DNA from: an uncultured Caldithrix sp.
GTDB taxonomy: Bacteria; Electryoneota; AABM5-125-24; Hatepunaeales; Hatepunaeaceae
Direction: 5' to 3'
DNA length: 64,000 nt
Assembly: GCA_964355675.1 (NCBI GenBank)
Contig: CAYHEC010000006.1
Coordinates: forward strand, 1-64,000
The notes under the pieces are model-generated. The model saw only the letters and a list, made by a program, of their open reading frames with translations, did not search any database and was not told where the DNA came from. Positions 59,755 through 64,000 of this stretch are shown here, piece after piece; within the stretch, counting starts at the first letter, position 1, and each line of letters begins with the position of its first letter. The translations under genes and the position numbers were made by a program.

Positions 59755-60395
59755 TATTTGCCCCCGGTCAGCAGGTGGATCAGCTTGACGGAGTGTTCGT
59801 CGATGTCATCGACGATTTCGTTGGCTTTGGTATTGAGAACTGTATATCCGAGAATATTGGGCAGTGCTACCATCAATCCGAAGAGGGTGGTGAACATTGC
59901 AACACCGATACCAGCAGAAAGAGATTCAGCACCACCGCCAGTAGCGCCAGCGGCTTCGAATGAAAGAATCAGTCCGAAGACCGTTCCAGTCAATCCGGTA
60001 AGGGTAGCAAGGTTACCTAACTGCGCCAGATAGGCGATTCGCTTCGTAAGTCTTGGCATAATTTCCAAGGTAGCCTCATCGACCGCATTCTGGACGGCTC
60101 GATAATCAACAAACTCTTTCTTGTCGGCTTCCACAAGCGCGGCAAGAACCACCGTTGGAAGTGCTTTTCCATCGGCAGCTTTACAGAGTGCAATGGCTTT
60201 CTTGAAATCGCCTGCCGAAACCAATTTGCGAATTTCTGCCATAAAAAGTCCAGCATTGACATTCGACCGGGCCCATAGAAATACGACTCGTTCGATTATG
60301 ATTGCCATACCGGCAACAAGAAAGAATAACATCACCCACATGAAAATCCAGGCTTCGAATCCCGGCATGAATGAGTGAAATAACTTTGAAAGCAC
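59754..60395 (-). CDS. exbB: MotA/TolQ/ExbB proton-channel protein
   Basis: 3 TM helices with …LGNLATLTGLTGTVFGLILSF… signature. Confidence 0.8.
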   Translation of the reverse strand: MLSKLFHSFMPGFEAWIFMWVMLFFLVAGMAIIIERVVFLWARSNVNAGLFMAEIRKLVSAGDFKKAIALCKAADGKALPTVVLAALVEADKKEFVDYRAVQNAVDEATLEIMPRLTKRIAYLAQLGNLATLTGLTGTVFGLILSFEAAGATGGGAESLSAGIGVAMFTTLFGLMVALPNILGYTVLNTKANEIVDDIDEHSVKLIHLLTGGK

Positions 60396-60496
60396 AGCGT
60401 TCCTCCCTTTGGGTTGTGGAAAGAATTGAATGATCGACCATTTGAATAATCTAAATTGTGATTAGAACGTATCTAATCAACTCAGCGCTTAATATA

Positions 60497-60817
60497 CTAC
60501 TGCGACCGTTTCTTTGCAAGCATTTTTTGTGGTTCTTCAAGCTTAGTAATTACCAAGTCTGAAAGCCTGGGCTTGATCGAAGTTGTATTAACTGTGATCA
60601 GGTCTTCTGGCTTCTTCTGAAGAACAACTGGGGAAATATCTGGTCGCTGACGAGGGATAGTAACCACAATGGTTGGCAACTCGGGAGCGACCTCAATTCG
60701 TATTTCTTCCAGCATCAATACTTCACCACCGGTATTATCCCTGCCCTGCTGACCGAACGAAAGCAAAGGCATGAATAGAACCAGATAGATCACAAAAACT
60801 ACCGGGAGTTTTCGCAT
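60497..60817 (-). CDS. Small secreted hypothetical protein
   Basis: Signal peptide MRKLPVVFVIYLVLFMPLLSFGQ. Confidence 0.35.
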   Translation of the reverse strand: MRKLPVVFVIYLVLFMPLLSFGQQGRDNTGGEVLMLEEIRIEVAPELPTIVVTIPRQRPDISPVVLQKKPEDLITVNTTSIKPRLSDLVITKLEEPQKMLAKKRSQ

Positions 60818-60825
60818 ATTTGTAC

Positions 60826-63800
60826 TCAGCGTAATTTGTTCTTCTCAATTATACGCATGTCGCGTAATTGTGATGGTGTTGGACCTACTATTTTCTCGGG
60901 TTCAGCAATCATTTCATTATCTTCGACGACAGTTTCAGTCAACTCTTGCGGTTCCGGCTGTTTCTCAGGCGGTAGGTTCGTTCCAAGATTTATCTGTTCC
61001 TCATCAGAGCGAAGTTTAGAGACAGCCTGAGCTTTGAGAGATTTATCTCGTTCAAGTTCTCGTTCACTCAAGGAAGCAAGTTGTTTATTCATATCGGGAA
61101 CGAACTCATAGATTAAGCCCGCTCGCAATCCCTGGCGCGTATTATTCATGTCTGATGCTTCGATAGCAACGACGTTGTTACCAACCTTCAGGAATTCAAG
61201 AACAGGAAATTCTTTTACTAGCATCCAATCAAGATTGTCATCTTTACTGTCCTCCCCAACAAATGCTCCATTAAGATAAAGACTGAAATTGTCGTCTGCA
61301 GTAAGCCAGAATTTTCCTCCACTGGGAGGTTGATAGATCGTAAATGATTTTCTGAACCAATAGGTTTTGACGCCGTTGCTGTCGGGATTCATCCAGATCC
61401 GCCAGAGTGAGTCGGCTTCTGTATCAACTAACTCAACCGGAGTAGAAGGAGTTGCAGGCGGTTCCTCAGCAAGCACTTCAGGATTTTCTTCATTAATCAG
61501 GGTCGAATCCGTTGTGACTAACGAATCTGCTGACGAGGATGTATCCTCCACTAAAGGTTCTTCGGATTGCGCCGGAATTTCGACTTGTGGGGCTACCTCT
61601 TGAATGACGGGAGCAGGCTTTTCACGGAAGTACCAAATAGCTTCTGCGCCGATACTGTCAAGAATTCCCATATTAACATCGGTGGAGAACCCAGCTTTTA
61701 AGGCGCGTTCCCATCCGCTATCGTCGAAGTCGTTGTTTTGAAACCCTTCCGTCGCCTGTGCCCATACAAGCCATTCAGTATTCGTCTCAACTGACGTTTT
61801 ATCGGATGATAATCCGACTTGACTTCCGTATTTTTCAGGATTTAACGAAACGAGTTTTGTTGTTAGTTCAATCCCGGCCATTCCTGAAAGGTTATAAGTC
61901 TGTCGCAACGAGAGCCCGCTCTCGAGCAATATCAGTGTATAGTCACGGAAGTTGTTTCCAATGTCTTCGAAAGCTACTTGCGCGTCGTCATATTGAAGCT
62001 CGCTGGTTTCATCGTACTTCGCGGAAAACTCGATTTTCTTTGCTTGAGCGTCTTCAGAATATTTCGAGAACAGTTCGGACTGTTTTAAGACAAACTGGAG
62101 TAGTTGATCATTGGCAGATTCTCCGAATCCGTAGGGAATTTGATAAACGGCGGCAGTGTCTAAAATTCCTCGATAACCTTCGAGCATATCCAAAGTAAAG
62201 TTATTTAGATAATCAACTTGATCGAGTATGATGCCGCCCATTTCATCAGAGTAGAATCCCTGGGGCGTTTTGCCATCTTCACCCTTGGGTAGAATGTTGA
62301 CAAAATCTTTTACATTCTTATCCACGCGAGCTTGAGCGAGATTTGTTTGTTCAACATATTTGCTGATGAGGGTATCGACCGTCTCCTTGTATCCCAATTC
62401 AACTGCGTCTCGCCATTTAGAGCCCAAACCTACCGATTTTGCCTCATTCCACGCCTGAAGATAAAGCCCACAAATTTCGGGTGCCATCGGAGCGATGATA
62501 TTCTTGATGACTTCCTGCCTGAAAAGCATTCTTACTTCTTCGTCTTTATCAGTCGAGCGCAGTTCAAAATTAGCATACCAAAGTTTGGCGAGATACTTTC
62601 CATTCAGAAATGCAACATAAGGCATTTTATATCGACAAGAATCTGCCCAATTTGATGCTTCTATGACAGCGGAATCAAGCTCAGTAAGCCCACGCTGCAA
62701 TGCGGACAACTTGGAGAGTGAATCAGCAAGTCCAACGGCTGTTGAGTCTTTTTGTAATTGAGCAACAACTCCTGCAAATGCGTCGTAGTCACTCTGACGA
62801 CGGGCATGTTCATCTTTAAGAGGCGTCGAGATGGCTCGCAGGTTTTCGAATCCTGATTTATACGATTGGGCGGAAACATAATTCAGAATAATGGCTTCAT
62901 CGACCACTCTGGCCAGTGTGTCGATCTTGCCTTGAAGATTTTTTACCTGCGGGACGCTCTGTTCGTAGGTAGCTAATGCGAAATCTTCGTCGAGTTTACC
63001 AATTGCATAGAAGGAACGATATGCTTCCTTCTGACCAAACCGAATTAACTGATGGTATTTCTCAACGAGTGCGTTTCGCCAGTCCTTTTTCCGCTGTTTG
63101 GCGAGTTTGATCGCCGCATCGTTCCCCGTGATGCGTAGTTTATTGTACTCTTCCTGTTCCCATTGGAGCAGGTAATTGAGTGACTGTGAAGCATAGCGAG
63201 GCGAACCGGATAATCCTCTTCCAACCAGTTTCTGATGGGCGTCAAGAGTCGAAGTGAATTCCCGTGATGCACCGGTTCGGTCACCTTTATCGAGCGAGTA
63301 TTTACCACGCTCAAAAAACGCCTGAACAGTCCGAGGGTCGTCAGGATAGCGTTGAGCAAATTGGCGATAAATCTCATTTGCTTTATCAACTTCTTCGAGC
63401 TTCATATAATGCGATGCATTCTCAAAGAGATAGACGCTCGCATCCTCAGCTTGGGGGAATATCTGCACATAAAGTTGATTGACGCGAATGGCGGATCTAT
63501 CGTCACCGATCTGATTATAATTCTGGCTAGCATTTGCGAGAGCGCCTTGACTCAGCTCCGACTTAGGATAAGCCTTGACGAGCCTCTCATAAGCTTCGGC
63601 AGATCTCTTAGGATCTTTTAATTGGCTCTGAAGATTAAATCCTAAGTTATAAAGAGCTTTATCTCCATATTCTGATTGTGGATAGCGATCCGCCAGTATA
63701 GTGAATACTTCATTTGCTTCAGAAAACGCGTTCGCCTGCATATATTCGATACCGGATTGGAAGAGCGAACGGTCAGCATATTGGTACTCTGGATTTTCGA

Positions 63801-63912
63801 GACCAACGCGTTTAAATTGATCAGCCGCCGCTTTGTGGTCGTTCCCTTCCTTCAAATTGGAGGCGGTCAAAAAGACCGATTCGGCTTTTCTGCGCTTGGA
63901 AGCGTCCTTCAA
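60826..63912 (-). CDS. Large (1028 aa) tetratricopeptide-repeat protein with C-terminal beta-sandwich-like domain
   Basis: N-terminal two-thirds TPR-like; genomic association with exbB-exbD-tonB cluster. Confidence 0.55.
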   Translation of the reverse strand: MKDASKRRKAESVFLTASNLKEGNDHKAAADQFKRVGLENPEYQYADRSLFQSGIEYMQANAFSEANEVFTILADRYPQSEYGDKALYNLGFNLQSQLKDPKRSAEAYERLVKAYPKSELSQGALANASQNYNQIGDDRSAIRVNQLYVQIFPQAEDASVYLFENASHYMKLEEVDKANEIYRQFAQRYPDDPRTVQAFFERGKYSLDKGDRTGASREFTSTLDAHQKLVGRGLSGSPRYASQSLNYLLQWEQEEYNKLRITGNDAAIKLAKQRKKDWRNALVEKYHQLIRFGQKEAYRSFYAIGKLDEDFALATYEQSVPQVKNLQGKIDTLARVVDEAIILNYVSAQSYKSGFENLRAISTPLKDEHARRQSDYDAFAGVVAQLQKDSTAVGLADSLSKLSALQRGLTELDSAVIEASNWADSCRYKMPYVAFLNGKYLAKLWYANFELRSTDKDEEVRMLFRQEVIKNIIAPMAPEICGLYLQAWNEAKSVGLGSKWRDAVELGYKETVDTLISKYVEQTNLAQARVDKNVKDFVNILPKGEDGKTPQGFYSDEMGGIILDQVDYLNNFTLDMLEGYRGILDTAAVYQIPYGFGESANDQLLQFVLKQSELFSKYSEDAQAKKIEFSAKYDETSELQYDDAQVAFEDIGNNFRDYTLILLESGLSLRQTYNLSGMAGIELTTKLVSLNPEKYGSQVGLSSDKTSVETNTEWLVWAQATEGFQNNDFDDSGWERALKAGFSTDVNMGILDSIGAEAIWYFREKPAPVIQEVAPQVEIPAQSEEPLVEDTSSSADSLVTTDSTLINEENPEVLAEEPPATPSTPVELVDTEADSLWRIWMNPDSNGVKTYWFRKSFTIYQPPSGGKFWLTADDNFSLYLNGAFVGEDSKDDNLDWMLVKEFPVLEFLKVGNNVVAIEASDMNNTRQGLRAGLIYEFVPDMNKQLASLSERELERDKSLKAQAVSKLRSDEEQINLGTNLPPEKQPEPQELTETVVEDNEMIAEPEKIVGPTPSQLRDMRIIEKNKLR

Positions 63913-64000
63913 ATCCTTTGAAACATGCGAATTGTTGGCAATCCTACCAGAAACAGTCTCAACCGCGGCATAATCTTTAACTTTGAAGTAACCCTCGAGA

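Overview
This 64 kb window appears to come from a T9SS-type (FCB-group-like or related candidate phylum) bacterium. Evidence: several secreted proteins end in Por/T9SS-style C-terminal sorting domains, and there are many short GC-rich palindromic intergenic repeats. Conserved housekeeping blocks are hflK-hflC, NfnAB-like oxidoreductase, an EamA transporter, mltG, uvrD/pcrA, class-I fumarase alpha, mdh, rpmA-rplU-rng, corC-ybeY-(7TMR-HD)-phoH, aspS, and an exbB-exbD-exbD-tonB-like cluster next to a giant TPR protein. Between them sit three visibly AT-richer accessory segments. (1) ~4.1-13.3 kb: an MmeI-family type IIL restriction-modification enzyme. Downstream of it is a tightly linked two-gene cassette encoding a 766-aa DndB-like DGQHR-domain protein and a B12-binding-domain radical-SAM enzyme. 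I cannot map this pairing to a described defence or modification system. (2) ~15.3-17.8 kb: a HigB toxin with a HigA-HTH/ImmA-IrrE peptidase fusion antitoxin, plus a DUF4160/DUF2442 pair. (3) ~20.7-25.6 kb: a four-gene translationally coupled operon. It encodes a Dcm C5-cytosine methyltransferase, a 760-aa protein with an N-terminal MORC/MutL-like GHKL ATPase and a C-terminal histidine-kinase-like ATPase (the DHp-like region lacks the phospho-His), a receiver-like protein, and a small protein with a caspase/CHAT-like His...Cys signature. It looks like a methylation-linked signalling/effector module rather than a classical R-M system. The window also carries several repeat families: tandem arrays flanking the first 4 kb, a MITE-like element at ~43.2 kb, 30-37 bp tandem repeats, and dispersed hairpins. 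No rRNA, tRNA or CRISPR was recognised.
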